Assembly (NCBI GenBank): GCA_964016885.1
Contig: OZ024745.1
Coordinates: 115,134,001 to 115,198,000, forward strand
Reading direction: 5' to 3'
From: Eledone cirrhosa
Taxonomy: Eukaryota
DNA: 64,000 nt
A model generated the notes under the pieces. That model saw nothing but the letters and a program-made list of their open reading frames with translations. It was not told where the DNA came from and ran no database searches. Shown here piece after piece: positions 49,589-62,904 of this stretch (within the stretch, counting starts at the first letter, position 1; each line of letters begins with the position of its first letter). The position numbers and the translations under genes are program-made.

Positions 49589-50298
49589 TCTATATATCTA
49601 AAACAGAGAATGTCTGTCTGTCTGTCTGTCTGTCCGATCACTAAAACTCGAGAACCACCCAACTGATTGTTTTCAAACTTTACACATGTAATACTTATGG
49701 TCCTGTGAGTGTTTTGAGAAAAAGAAATTTCAAATTTTCAATGCCCTACGGACCGCATTAGACGATTTAGCGATCTCTCTCTATAATTCTTAGTCTTTCT
49801 CTTTTTAGATAGATACATAGATATAACGTCGCGCCCTTATAATATCTGTCTGTATGCCTGGCTGTCTGCATTACGACATTATGACGTAGCTGTTTGTGTG
49901 TGTGTGTATATATATGTATATATAGTGTGTGTATATATATATATATATAGTAGAATAATCGAGTATCGGAAAATCAGCTCACGAATTAACGATAAACAAT
50001 ATCCGATATGAGTGTGTAACGTTTTTCGAAATATTTACTTCTGCGTTCACAGATTGATTTTTTTAGTTTCAGAAGATCCCGTTAAGGGTGAAAGCAGCGA
50101 TTCTTTGCTTAAACTTTAATATGTTATTTTAATATATATATATATATAATTATATATTCGTGTACAGATATTTTTGCATACACAATAACAAAATATAAAC
50201 AAACGTATTTATTTCATGAGGCTCGATAAGGATAAATATACATCAAATATATAAGAACCCTAGAGTAAATCCTGAGCAACGCCGGGCCATTCTGCTAG
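49589..50298 (+). mobile_element. Non-autonomous Helitron-like element
   Basis: 5' A|TCTATATATCTAAAA...(GTCT)n...CTCGAGAACCACCCAACTGATT; 3' CCTGAGCAACGCCGGG...CTGCTAG|T. A|T target, no TSD. Confidence 0.8.
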
Positions 50299-50446
50299 TA
50301 ATATACTAAAAAATACAATTATTAAAAATCTCTTCCTGAGTGTTATACAAGCTCCAGAATTGACTTTGAATGATTAAGGCAATTAACAAGTTTATATGAG
50401 ACATAAGAACAGTAAAGTTTTTGATTTTAACTGTTGCACTGAATGT

Positions 50447-50740
50447 GGAGGTGCATGGCCTAGTGGTAAGGGTGTTCGACTTACGATCATAATATTGTGG
50501 GTTCAATACCTGGGCTGGGTTGAGTGTTGTGTTCTTGAGCAAAACACTTCATTTCATGTTGCTCCAGCATACTCAGCTGAAAATGAGTACCAGCAATAGC
50601 TGGGGGTTTAACGTTGCGATGGACTGGCATACAGTCCAGGAGGGGGGGGGAGTCTTGTACTCTCAGTCACTTCACATCATGAAACCAGGATAAGCACTGG
50701 CTTAACGAGCCTTAAATGGCTTAAGACAGACAGACTTTTA
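50447..50740 (+). mobile_element. tRNA-head CORE-SINE with V-domain-like segment and a third tail type
   Basis: TGGCCTAGTGGTAAGG and GGTTCAATACC boxes; GTGTTCTTGAGCAAAACACTT CORE; then GCGATGGACTGGCAT...TCCAGG. Confidence 0.75.
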
Positions 50741-50782
50741 GCACTAAATATACAATTATTACACATCTTCATTTACTGACTA

Positions 50783-50960
50783 TACGAAGTCTGTCAAAAA
50801 AAAAAGTATTCAACCTTAGACTGGGGAAAACATGATGCCCTTGGTGGGATTCTGTTGCTAATTCCTATTGAAGTAAGCTTCTTGTGCCAAGTGATCCATC
50901 CACTGTTTGAAGCACAGCTAGAAGGCTTCTTGCGGAATAGTTCTCAGATCAGCTGTCACA
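50783..50960 (+). mobile_element. Possible decayed mariner-like terminus
   Basis: TACGAAGTCTGTCAAAAA...AGTATTCAACCT resembles mariner-type TIR starts; no partner end seen. Confidence 0.3.
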
Positions 50961-51122
50961 GGCCATAGGATGTCCTCTCTGTAATGTATTAGCTCTGTAA
51001 TGTCCTCTCTGTAATGTATTAGCTCTGTCACTCTGAGTATTTCAGTTCGAGATGAAGTAAAGTGCTGGCAACATAAAGCAAAGAGTCAAATTTATGAACA
51101 AGGCTCATTCATAGTATATAAC

Positions 51123-51762
51123 TCATCATCATCATCATCATCATCATCATCGTTGTCATCATCATCATCACAATCATTATCCCCACCATCATCTGCATCC
51201 GCCTCCTCCTCATCATTATCATCTCCACCACCACCACCACCACCACCACCACCACCGCCATCGTCATCATCATCATCCCCACCACCACCAGCACCAGCAC
51301 CACCACCACCACCACCGCCATCATCATCATCATCACTACCACCATCATCACAATCATCATCATCATCATCTCCACCACCACCAGCACCACCACCACCACC
51401 ACCGCCATCATCATCATCATCACTACCACCATCATCACAATCATCATCATCATCATCATGATCATCACCATCACCATCACCATCACCATCATTGAATTTG
51501 TCATTCTTTGCTTAGCAAAGTCTGGACGATATCTTCAGAACAAATATCTATTTCTTAGTTTTGCAATCAATGATTACACATTGGTGTATCTCTAACTGAC
51601 TAGAGAAATTTATATTGACGATGATGATGATGGAGGTGGTGGTGGGGGGGGGGGGGGTTGTGGTGGAGGTGATGATGATGATGATGACGGTGGTGGTGAT
51701 GATGGTGGCGGTGGTGGTGGTGGTGATAATGATGGTGGTGGTTGTGGTAGTGATAGAGGTGG

Positions 51763-51822
<60 letters not shown>

Positions 51823-51865
51823 CTATGATGGTGGTGGTGGTGGTGGTGGTGGTGGTGGTGGTAAT
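51123..51865. repeat. (CAT/CAC)n block and complementary (GAT/GGT)n block about 125 bp apart
   Basis: 51123-51490 and 51617-51865, seen directly. Confidence 0.9.
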
Positions 51866-53034
51866 GACAATAGCCCTAAATAGGAATATTAATATCCCAC
51901 AAAAACCTACAATTTCAGATTTATAGATGTTAAGGGCAAGGAGATGATTCTGTGGTATTCATGTCTTTTCTCCCAAAGTCATTAGTAGTATAAACGATAA
52001 GGAATGCTTTCAAGTAGACAGGATGCTCATATTATGAATTCAGCTTGATCAAAGTTTGCCCAAAGATTGCTGTAACAACAAAAACAAACTACACAAAATC
52101 ATGTTACAAAAATAGCTACAACAATTATGGCAACCAAAAAAATAAAAATAAAAACTGAAACCTATGAATAAACCTTTAAGTGAGCTTGAACTACATTTTA
52201 TTTATATTGCTCTTTCTACAATTAATTTGACAATCATGGAGGGGGAAAAATCCTTATCGCGAATTCTGTTTTATCTCTCTTTAAATTATGTAACATCAAA
52301 TTTCTTAATGTGAGTCTTCATTTAGATGCAATATTCTTTTTTTCTGTTTGAAACATCACATCAAGTTTCCTCTGTCTTTTGTAATACTTTACTTTTAAAA
52401 TGATGTTTACTGGTTTTTTTGGCAAATTGAGTTGCTTGTAATATTAAATTACATAGAGTTTGAAGTAAGGTTGTTGATATTGACTCTGATAATGTTACTG
52501 CTGCTGCTATTGTTGATATTGTTCTTTATGTTATTCTTATTGATAAGTTTTTTTTGACTATGTTGGTATTGATTTATAAAGGTGAATTAAGATGGAAAAA
52601 TCAAAATGCCTGGCAGCTATATCTTCAGAACAAACATCTATTTTGCAATCAATACTTGGAATGCACTGCATCAATGAATCTTTAAGTAATTTAGAAATCG
52701 GTGGTGAACTCAATAAAGTTGAGCTAAGATCCAGGCTGGCTGAGTCCACAACCACGCTTTGCTTCCCTTATCCCAATTAAATACTTCCTGCATTGGCACA
52801 AGGCAAGGAATTGGTAGAATTGTTAGTGCATCAGATTAAATGCTTCAGCCTTTGTTCCAGCTCATTCTGAGTTCAAATCTTGCCATGGTAACTTTACTTT
52901 TCATACTTTTGACGTTGATAATTAAGTACCAGTCCAATACTGGTGTCGATTTTTCCCCTATCTCTTTTTATCACTTTCTCTCACAATTTCTCGTTCTCTG
53001 GAAGAAATCAGCTGCATACAGACGTGGTTAGGAA

Positions 53035-53365
53035 TGGGTACTGCCAGGTTTGAAATGCCCAAGAAAAGCTGTATGTCAGAATAGCCACTGCCAGGTTCAA
53101 AATATTCAAGATAGATTGTATGTTGAGATGGGTCCCACCAGGATTAAAATGTCCAATAAATGCTGTGCATCGGGATGGCCCTACCAGGTTTAAAATCCCC
53201 AATATACGCTTTATGTCAGGATGGGCCTCACCAGGTTTAAAATACACAAGACACAATTGTATGTCAGGATGAACCCTGCCATGTTTAAAATACCCCAAAA
53301 ATGCCATGTGTCAGGATGGGCCCTACTAGGTTTAAAATACTCAAGAAATGCCATGTGTCAGAATG
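53035..53365. repeat. Diverged tandem repeat of about 47 bp, about 7 copies
   Basis: ATGGGCCC(T/C)ACCAGGTTTAAAATAC(C/T)CAAGAAATGC(T/C)(G/A)T(A/G)TGTCAGG recurs. Confidence 0.85.
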
Positions 53366-54324
53366 GCGCCCCTAGAACTTCATCAACGGTTAAGAGCCCA
53401 GGATGGGTAAAAGACAATGTTGATTTAGAAAAGATTAGAATTCAGAAAGTAATAATGGTTTCAAATTTAAGCATAAGGCTTGTGATCTGGAGGGAAGGAA
53501 TGGAATGTCTAGTAAAATCCCGGTACTTAATTGGTACTTTATTTTATTGACTCCAGAAAGATTAGAGGCAAAGTTGAATTCAATGGGATTTGAACTCAGA
53601 ACATAAAGATCCATAACCAAATGTTGCAAAGCAACTTACAATTTGGTCAATCCACCCCCTAAATTCAGAAATTAATAGTGATACCAAACATAAGAAGGAC
53701 AAGGAAAGGCACTATCTCCCGCCTTCTCTAACATACCAATTATGCTTTTGGAAAGCATTAACATAATTGTTGCTACTTTTGGCACAAGGCTGGTTATTTG
53801 AAGGGAAGAGGAAAGTTGATTAAATAAAACCCAGTGCATTACTAGTACTTTATTTTATCGACCCCCGTAAGAATGAAAGGCAAAGCAAAGCTCAGAAGGA
53901 TTTAAACTCAGAACATAAAGGACCATAACTATATGCCACAAAGCATGTTTGACATCCAATCAATTCTGCTAATCCATCAGCTTGAAAAGCATAAGTATAA
54001 AAGTATGTCATTTCTCATGCCCAGTAAATCTGAGACTTTGTGCTTATGTAAAAACAAAACAATACATACAATATGATGGAGTGGTTTATATTTTGTATTA
54101 ACCACTCCATTTTATTGATATTTTAAAAATAATTTATTGATTTTTAAATTATAAAAAAAAAAATATTTAACACCGCTATCAGATTAAGTAACCACATAAT
54201 GACTCCTTCATATATGATGATGATGATAATGATGATGAAAAGGAGGAGTGGGAGAAGGATGCTGCTGACAACAAAGATGATGACGACAATGATGATGATG
54301 ATGATGATGATGTGCTGTGATGCA

Positions 54325-54650
54325 TATTGGACCTCCATTGATTCTGATGAGTGTTCCAGTTGATTTGATTGATGGAACAGCATTCTTGTGTAATTAACAT
54401 GCAAGTGGCTGAGCAGTCCATAAAAGCATGTAGCATTAATGAAGTTCTCAAGGACATTCAGCATGACACATGTTGTAACAAAGCTGGTCCTTTTGAATTA
54501 CAGGTACAACTCCTTTTTGCCAGTTGAATGAACTGGAGCAACATGAAATAAAGTGTCTTGCTCAAGGACACAATGCACTGCTGGGAATTGAATTAATGAC
54601 CATACAATTATAAGCTGAATACCCTAACAACTAAGTCACATGCCTTCACT
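54325..54650 (-). mobile_element. Older tRNA-head CORE-SINE, fourth tail type; closest match to the satellite monomer
   Basis: Minus strand ...CAGCAGTGCATTGTGTCCTTGAGCAAGACACTTTATTTCATGTTGCTCCAG; 54547-54575 is identical over 29 bp to the CAAG variant of the array unit. Confidence 0.8.
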
Positions 54651-56219
54651 TATGATGACGATGGCAGTGATGATGATTGCGGTGTTGTATTTTCACTGAG
54701 ATAGTTTTTGTGTTGTATAAAGTTCAAAAACCTACAGAAGAGCAGATAGCTATAAAGACCATAGTATCTACTTACAGCTCAATTGATTGTTAAGTATCTT
54801 TGTGAAAGGACACTACAGATCTTTAGAGATGGTTTACAAAAAAATGGCTATTTACTTTTTGTTGTTTATCCTTAAAATCAGACTTGACTGAGTTGAACTA
54901 TGATAAAAAGTATTCAAACCATGATCATTCTGCTTTATCATTTCCAGACATTTTGTGTTCTTGACTACATTATCTAGTCTGTCATTTATATTTCAAGATG
55001 GTAGGGTATAATATTCGTGATTATTTGGCCACTATTTCTAGCAGATTGACTGGATTGCAATATACTTTCAAAGTTACTAAAGAAAAGCATGATTGTCACA
55101 ACTTAGCATTTGTCTTCTATGAAGCATCATGCCTCAGTAAGAAATCCTTAAAATAAGAATAGGATAAATTGTCAAAGACTGATCACAATGATTGTCCTAC
55201 TGTTGTCAGGGGGTAGTGCTTATTCCACAATAAAATGCACCAAGCCCACTCTGTAAGGTAGTAGTGATGGTACCATGATAAAATGCAGACGACCAGCTCT
55301 TTAAAATGGTAGTGCTGGTGCCATGACAAAAAGCAGTCAGTTCCCTTTATAAGGTGGTAGTGTTGGTGCCATGACAAAAAAGCAGCCAGTTCATCTTACA
55401 AGATGGCAGTGAGGCAGTTACAATAAAATGCTGCCAGCAGATGCTGTAAATTAAATGGCATTGGGAAAGGCAAACAGCCATAGAAACCTAGCCAAAAAAA
55501 CAGAACATATGAGCAGGACATGGTCACCTGACCTATCTAGCTTCAGAACATGAAAGCATGGAAAATAAATGTTAAATAGTGATGATGATTACGGTCAGAA
55601 ATTAGTTGGCTATGTCTACATCAGAAGACTATATGATCACTGCTAATTCAACGACAACAACGACAGCAATAACAACATCAATTACAACAAGAACAACAAT
55701 CTAACTGTTTGTACAGCGTTCTTATGGCATCAAGAACTATCAACAATAAGAGAAAAGCAGATTAAATATTTGAAATAGTAGTCCTTCTTTTCTTTTGTAT
55801 AAAATGATGCCAACAAGAGGTGTAGTTCACTGCATTAGGTGATGGTTCTGGTGCTGGAGTTGTGATGGGGGTAGTAGTGGTGGTGCGGTGGTTGTGATGA
55901 TGTAGTGATGGTTATGGTGATGCTGGTATTAGTTGTGGTCGTGGTGGTGGTAGTGGTGGCAATTGTGGTCTTGGTGATGGTGGTAGTGGCAGTGGTGATG
56001 GTTGTGGTGGTGGTGGTGCTGGTGTTGGAGTTGTGATGGAGGTGGCAGTGGTGATGTGGTGGTTGTGATGGCGTAGTGGTGGTTGTGGTGGTGTAGTAAT
56101 GGTTATGGTGGTGCTGGTATTTGTTGTAGTGGTGGTGGTGAAGACAAGTATGAGCAGGAAAAGGAGAAAAGAGAATGTGTGTTTTATTGGTAAGTTGAAA
56201 TACCTCTTTGGGGAAAAAA

Positions 56220-56480
56220 GTTCTTCTTCTTCTTCTTCTTCTTTTTCTCCTTCTTCTTCCTCTTCTTCCTGAGAGAGCCGTTGGGGCAGAGTCATCAAAC
56301 ACTCCTTCCAATGGGTTCTATCGGAAGCAACCGTCTCCAATTGGTTTGGCTGGATCCCCAAGTGAGACCAGCTGAACTCATGGATATTATCCAACCATCT
56401 TGCTCGGGGGTCTACCCCTGGGTCACTTGCTGGTTGGTTTTGCCCGTAAAATCTGTCCAGCAATTCTTTCCTGAGATATT
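56220..56480 (-). mobile_element. RTE-superfamily LINE 3' end with (GAA)n tail
   Basis: PRARWLDNI...LGI...LETVASDRTHW C-terminal motif, followed by a (GAA)n tail. Confidence 0.65.
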
Positions 56481-57519
56481 ATAACCACACGCCCTTAATA
56501 TTGGCGCTGTGATCTCTCCATTCGGAGAAGTAGTGGCTCTACCTGAAGTGATTCTCTACCTGAAGTGATTCTCTGATAACTGAGCTATGCACGCTATCGA
56601 GTAACATTACTCCAAAGACCCTTCGGAGGAGCCCATTTTGGCTGCTTATATTTGCAACTGTATTCTTTCAGTCATTACCCATCATTGTCATCATCACTAC
56701 CACCCGCACCATCATCATCATCATCACCACCACCACTATCATCACCACCTCCATCATCCTCACCACCTCCATCATCCTCATCATCATCATCATCAATATC
56801 AATCATGACAACACATTTACTTGGTCAAATTGACACTCCTTAAAAGTAAAGTACTAGATGTTTTATTTGTGCCTGATGTAGCCTACATACAGCCAATGTG
56901 AAAGTTTATCATTCTTCATATCATAAAGTGTGATATATGTAAATCAATAATGATTCTAATTAGAAGTTCTTTGATATATCTCATATTATATCATGACATA
57001 ATCATGTGATTTACCATTTGCCAACTATTTCACTGTTTGTTATAACTAGTCAAAGTCATCAATTAGTCAGACATAGCTGATAAAAGAGGCTTGCAGGAAA
57101 GAAAGGAAGAAAGCAAAAGAGAAAGAATATTTTATGGCAATTCAAATATCACTAAACATGTAATACACATAGCTAAGAAAGAAAGAATATTTAATAGCAA
57201 TTTAAATATCACCAAACGTGTGATACTCTTCTCTAGAGATATACTTTATTTTTCCCCGAGGTTCTTGTTTATCATGACCCCTTTAGTTATTAATAAATGT
57301 ATGTTTTTTAAAAATAAGCAGTCTTTCAATATGATATGACACCAGGGAGTTTAATACTTTGTGGTTATTATATTGAAATTTATATACCAAACAACTGCAT
57401 ATTTTTTATAAAAAGGTTGTCCAATTGTTTCAAGTGAACAGTAGCTCGTTATATATTTATACCTAAAATATCTTCCAATTCCCTCATTTGTTTTATGAAT
57501 ACATTGTATCATGATCGTC

Positions 57520-57870
57520 ATTGTGACCACAGCTGAACATTTCTGACAAAGTCTCTCCACAATTCATGATTTTCCATACTGAGGCTTGTATTGTCTGAGA
57601 GTTGATCGATGAAGGTTTGAGCAAATCTTCCTCTACTGCATCTCCCGTGAGTTGCTTCCTACAATAGTAACTTGTGTATAACTTTTGCTTCTCTAGCAAT
57701 GTCCAGCAAATCATAACCGTCTTTAAGCAATTGCAGTTGTTATCATGGGCAAGTTTCTATATAAACCTTCGTTTCTTATACGTTGACGCCAGTTTATGTT
57801 TTGTACAACGCTAAGCATTTTACTGTATGCTCCATCTAGTTTCTTCTCAAGTGCTTATGTCAGAGTCCAT
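57520..57870 (-). pseudogene. Decayed RTE-superfamily LINE C-terminal fragment
   Basis: Minus-strand translation WTLT*ALEKKLDGAYSKMLSVVQNINWRQRIRNEGLYRNLP...RRL*FAGHC. Confidence 0.75.
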
Positions 57871-58553
57871 GTATAAAATCATGCTCTGTTCAATATTGTT
57901 TATCTTTAAGAATATTTAGGTAAATTTATGTTTATATGTAAAATTCTCAGAATATTCAAAATTTCTTTTTCAATTAATACATTTTTCAATTAATACATTT
58001 ATTTATACACTTTATAATTTTCTCATCAGAGTTGCAGAAAGTTTTTACTCCATTACAACATTTAATTATTATTTTAAAAGCTTTTATGGTTAAATTATTT
58101 AAATATTTTTATACACACACACACTCATCCACATATAATCATCATCACCATTTAATGTCTATTTTCCATGAGTAAGACAGACTCTCGCGTCATGAGGCCA
58201 TACGGGTCAGATGACGATGACTTGCTCATATGTTTTGTTTTTGGCTTGGTTTTTGTTATAGCTCGATGTCCTTCCTAACACCAATCATATTTCAGCACCA
58301 GTATGGCCACTTTACAAGGTGGATTGGGTACTTTTTTGTTATAGCACCCTGTAGGGTGGACTGGATGCTTTTTGTAGGCACCTGTTCTACCATACACAAT
58401 GGCAGGTGGACTGGATGCTTTCTGTCATAACACCAGTGCTGGGGAGGCATACATGGGAGTTGTACTACTAGGAGAGAGGAATCATATTACATTGAGTAGT
58501 TATGGTGCAGCAAATTGATATTTTGTATATCGATATAAATTGATTTGTGTGTG

Positions 58554-58584
<31 letters not shown>

Positions 58585-60504
58585 CATCATCATTATTTTT
58601 ACATTCACTTTCCATATTTGGTATAGATTTTACGACTGGATGCTCTTCCTGATACTAACCACATTACTGGGTGCAATTTTTCATAGCACCACCACTACCC
58701 CTTTACAGAATGTACTGGGTGCATTTTATCATGGCATCAGCCTTACTAATTTACAGAATGGACTTGATGTGTTTTATTGTGGAATCAGCACTAGAGAGGT
58801 TATCACATGATTGTTCAAACTGATTGTTCAGACCCTGTATTGTCTTCATTCCATCACTTAACACTGTTGCTTCCATTTTTTCACCAGATTTATTTTTGTG
58901 TAGCAGACATTGATATCCCCTTTCGACCATGACTACATATCTTTCTTAGCTTTTTATACATGATTAGTTTTACTGTTGGGGCTTAATGCTTTCCCTAATT
59001 AGTGAGTAATGATAGTCTTCATATCGTAGTTAATGTGCCATGTGTATTTGGGATTGGTTTAAAATTTATTATGTGCAGTGAATTTTAACTTGAAGTTGAG
59101 TTGCGTGGTTTTTCAATTGTTAGTAATTAATGGCAATGAGCACACAATTAGGGGTGTGTAGTGGTAGGAGAGGTGATAATTTGGTGGGAGTGGGGGTGCA
59201 ACACAGGTATAAGTGTGAAATACAAGATTGGTTTGTCACATGAAAATTCCTTTCAGTATTTGGTAACATCCTTTTATGCCAAAGTCAATTGTACTTCTCT
59301 ACCTCACTTCCAAAATCAATAAAATAAATACCAGACAAAAAAAAAAGTCTTAGGATGGTGCCCCAGCATGGCTGCTGTCCAATAAATTGAACCAGTAAAA
59401 GAATTTAAAAATGCATGTAATATGTATCTGGGAAATATTGCTTCATCCTCCATATTCTCCTAACCTTGCTCCTTTTGATTATCACTTGTTCCGGGGACTA
59501 AAGAACCATTTGGATGGTATCAGGTTTACATCAAGAGAAGAGGTTTAAAATGAGTTGGATTCAAATTTTGCATCAAAACCTAAAGAATTTTACAAGTGTG
59601 GCATTTATAAGCTTGTTGACAGATAGAATGAGGTTCTAGAAAGCAAAGGAGGTTATGCTAATGAATAAATATTTTCATAGTCATGAGTTTTTTTCATTTT
59701 TAATATAAGTCTTGAAGTCGGACATTACTTTTGCACCAACATGATATTTTGCACTACTAATTATCATAACTACCAATATCTGAGAGAAATAATGGTGTGC
59801 TACATACTTATAAATATTAATGTATTCTTTAGTATATTTTGTTTTTGTCTAACTCTTGAATAGTGTAAACTGAGAAATTACAATTAATGTATAGTTCACC
59901 CAGCATGTGATAAGAGTTGGATATTCTACTTAATATCTGAACAACTTGTTAAAAGCTAAATGTTGAAAATAATCAATTTATTTTATATTTTCATTTATTT
60001 ATTTATTTATGTTTTGGGGCACAAAAAACATTGATAAGAAAAATTTGAAAATCTAGTTTCAATAGCTTCTCAGAGATACCTGGACTGACTTTTGAATCAG
60101 TTTCTCACGTAAATAAACATGATACAAGTAGAGGCACTTAATATTATCGTGGTTGGATATGTTGTATAAGGAAATATGAGAGTAGTGATAGTATACAAAT
60201 TATACAAAATATATTGAGATGTATACAAACTCCTACAGGCTCAGCATACTGGATTTCTACTGTATAAAAGTGTTGCATGAATGGATGCACACATATATAC
60301 GCATTCATGAATATATGTAGACACACACACATAATCACATACACACATACATACACATGCACACATGCACACACACACACACACACAAATACCTACACAT
60401 ACATATACACATATATATGCACACATATATAGCCATGCTGATGCATACCAGTTCATATGCATACATACAGAGGTACACACCTGTACACATACACACATAC
60501 TCAC

Positions 60505-60580
<76 letters not shown>

Positions 60581-60637
60581 AAAATAACAGGAGGTTGGAC
60601 TTGTGTAAATCCTTGAAAGGTTTATTATACTATGATC

Positions 60638-60691
60638 ATTTCAATGACCGGGTTTCGTATGAATCCGGTGATATCATCAGGTATTCGAAAT
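60638..60691 (-). ncRNA. Degenerate minimal hammerhead motif next to (TA)n, probable Penelope pLTR
   Basis: ATTTCGAATAC-CTGATGA-TATCACCGGATTCATAC-GAAA-CCCGG-TC-ATTGAAAT. Both core boxes and a GUC triplet are present; stems I and II are imperfect. Confidence 0.5.
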
Positions 60692-61564
60692 ATAATAAAT
60701 GAATGTAACAGATAAAATCCATGGGGCTGAAAATCATAGACCCGAGGACGACCGACCATCTAACATCTTCCACTTTAGCCGGTCACCCTCAAGTGCTGCC
60801 CATTCGGCCTACTTAAGGCTATCTGGTGAGGGGGCGAAAGCTTATAATGTGCTACTAACCTCCCAGTCAAAGAGAAGAAAAACAGAAAGGAAGAAGAAGA
60901 AAAGTCAGCATTAATGTCATGCTAGTCAGGCCAGGAATTGCTGCGAAAAAAGTTATTCTAAAGGACCCGTATCTTAACAGAGGTATATATTATAACAGAG
61001 GTATATATAGTGAGGTTCTATATGGTATAATGTGTGAACAGAAGATTGGAACGTTAAATTTTTGTTTAGATTTATAGGATGAAGTTAAAAAAATTAAAGA
61101 TTAACATTATAAAATTAAAAAATTAGAAAATTGAAAATTAAACAGTTTAAACATTTTTTTAAGGTTTTGGGTTGCGAGGTTTAGTTAAAGAAAGAGTCTT
61201 TTATGAAGAAACTTTAATTCTATTATAGAGATCCTCTATAAGTTATCCAAGTGGGATGTAGAGTAAAGATTATGTCCTTGTTTAGCAGTCAAACAGCATG
61301 CGGCGACTGCAGACTCCGGCCAGCCCATCCTAACCACATGTCAGCCATTCCGAGTGAGATCGCCTAGCGAAAGATATGGAAATCAATTTTTCCAAACACT
61401 CTAGGAATGTATTCCAGGCTTCAGGTGTGCTAGTGGGAAGTCAGCCATCGTCGTTAGGCCATCGTTATACCAAACGAGTACTATTAATTTACACAGGAGG
61501 GGGATTTGTTTAAGTAGAGGGAGGCATGATACAGCTAATAGTTATGATTAGGCCTAGAATTTAA

Positions 61565-61857
61565 AGGAAATTCACTGGAAATTCACTATCCAGTGAATTT
61601 CCAACCGATAAGGTATGATTTTCATGGGTATGTCTCTATTTATAAAACAAACTTTGTATTTTATCTGATGAAAGCGTACCAATGTTGTCTTGGTACCCTA
61701 GAAATATATATAATAAAATAAATATGGTTTTATAAATATAGTTTCCATTTATTTAATATCATTGAATATTTACTCCAGTAATCTGTTGAGTGCTCTAAAC
61801 CAGCTATAAACATTTATATTTGTCGGACTTCCAACAAATTAAATACCCCTTCTACTT
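61565..61857 (+). mobile_element. Second copy of the hammerhead-bearing element seen at 46092-46455; hammerhead at 61657-61720
   Basis: Starts CAGTGAATTTCCAACCGATAAGG, preceded by short inverted copies (GGAAATTCACTG). Motif TATTTTAT-CTGATGA-AAGC-GTACCAA-TGTTGTC-TTGGTAC-CCTA-GAAA-TATATA-TA-ATAAAATA. Ends at (TA)n. Confidence 0.75.
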
Positions 61858-62416
61858 ATATATATATAAATACACACACGTGTATGAACACATATACAGT
61901 CACACTGATGCATGCATGCTCATGCACATATATACAGAGGCACACATCTGTAAACACACACTCATACTGATAGCTTCTGTGATTGTTGAAATAGTATGTC
62001 TGGGTCATATGTATGGACCCATAGCTCCTGATAGAGTTGTAGGGGCACTCTAGCGACATACAGCATTTATTAGGCACTTTATTTAAACTTAACAGAGCCC
62101 ATCCCTTCTCCAGATCAGAAACAACCAATTTCTTCCAAAGAAAAGAGAGAGATAGAGAGGAAGTAAGACAGAGATGCAGAGGAAAAATCGACCACAGTAC
62201 TGGACTGGTACATTTTTTATCAACCTTGGAAGGATGAAAAGCAAAGTTGATCTTGGCAGGATGTGAACTCAGAACTCAAAGCATTCTGTCTGATGTTCTA
62301 ATGACTGTCAATATGTTGCCATATCTTTGATATAAGAATATTTTTGTCAGAAGATGGACAAGACTTCTGTTGTGAAAGATAGGAAAATTGTGAAGTCTAT
62401 TGACCAGGAGCCTAGT

Positions 62417-62760
62417 ATCATCATCAACATTTTACATTGACTGTTCCATGCTTGCATGAGTTGGATGAGTCCTTTTCGGCAGAATATCTCTTCACTCATT
62501 GTGCTCCTTTGTCACATCCAATGTGAGCTTCAGCCATTTGAGATCAGCTCTCATAAACTCTGCCCAGGTCTTCTTTGATCTTCCTCTAATACAGTTTCCT
62601 TTTGTTGAGATTTCTTGGTATTTCTTCACTCAGAGGTTATCATCCATATACGTCACATGTCAATACAAGTGCAGTCTTTTCTGCACACTAGATTTGATTC
62701 TTCTTATACCCAACCTTTCTTGCAGCTTATCTATACTTTGTTGTTCACACATATTAAGGA
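62417..62760 (-). mobile_element. Old 5'-truncated RTE LINE
   Basis: Minus strand LQERLGIRRIKSSVQKRLHLY*HVTYMDD...RGRSKKTW, then a GCAAGCATGGAACAG...(TGA)n tail. Confidence 0.75.
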
Positions 62761-62904
62761 CAAAACATAGATGAGCTGTAAGAAATGCTGGATATAATAC
62801 TGGTTTTTATTTTATTGACTTTCAATGGAGAGAAAAAAAGAAAAGATGATTCTGTCAGGATCTGAACTTCAGACAAAGAAGGATGAAACTAATTTGGTTA
62901 AATC

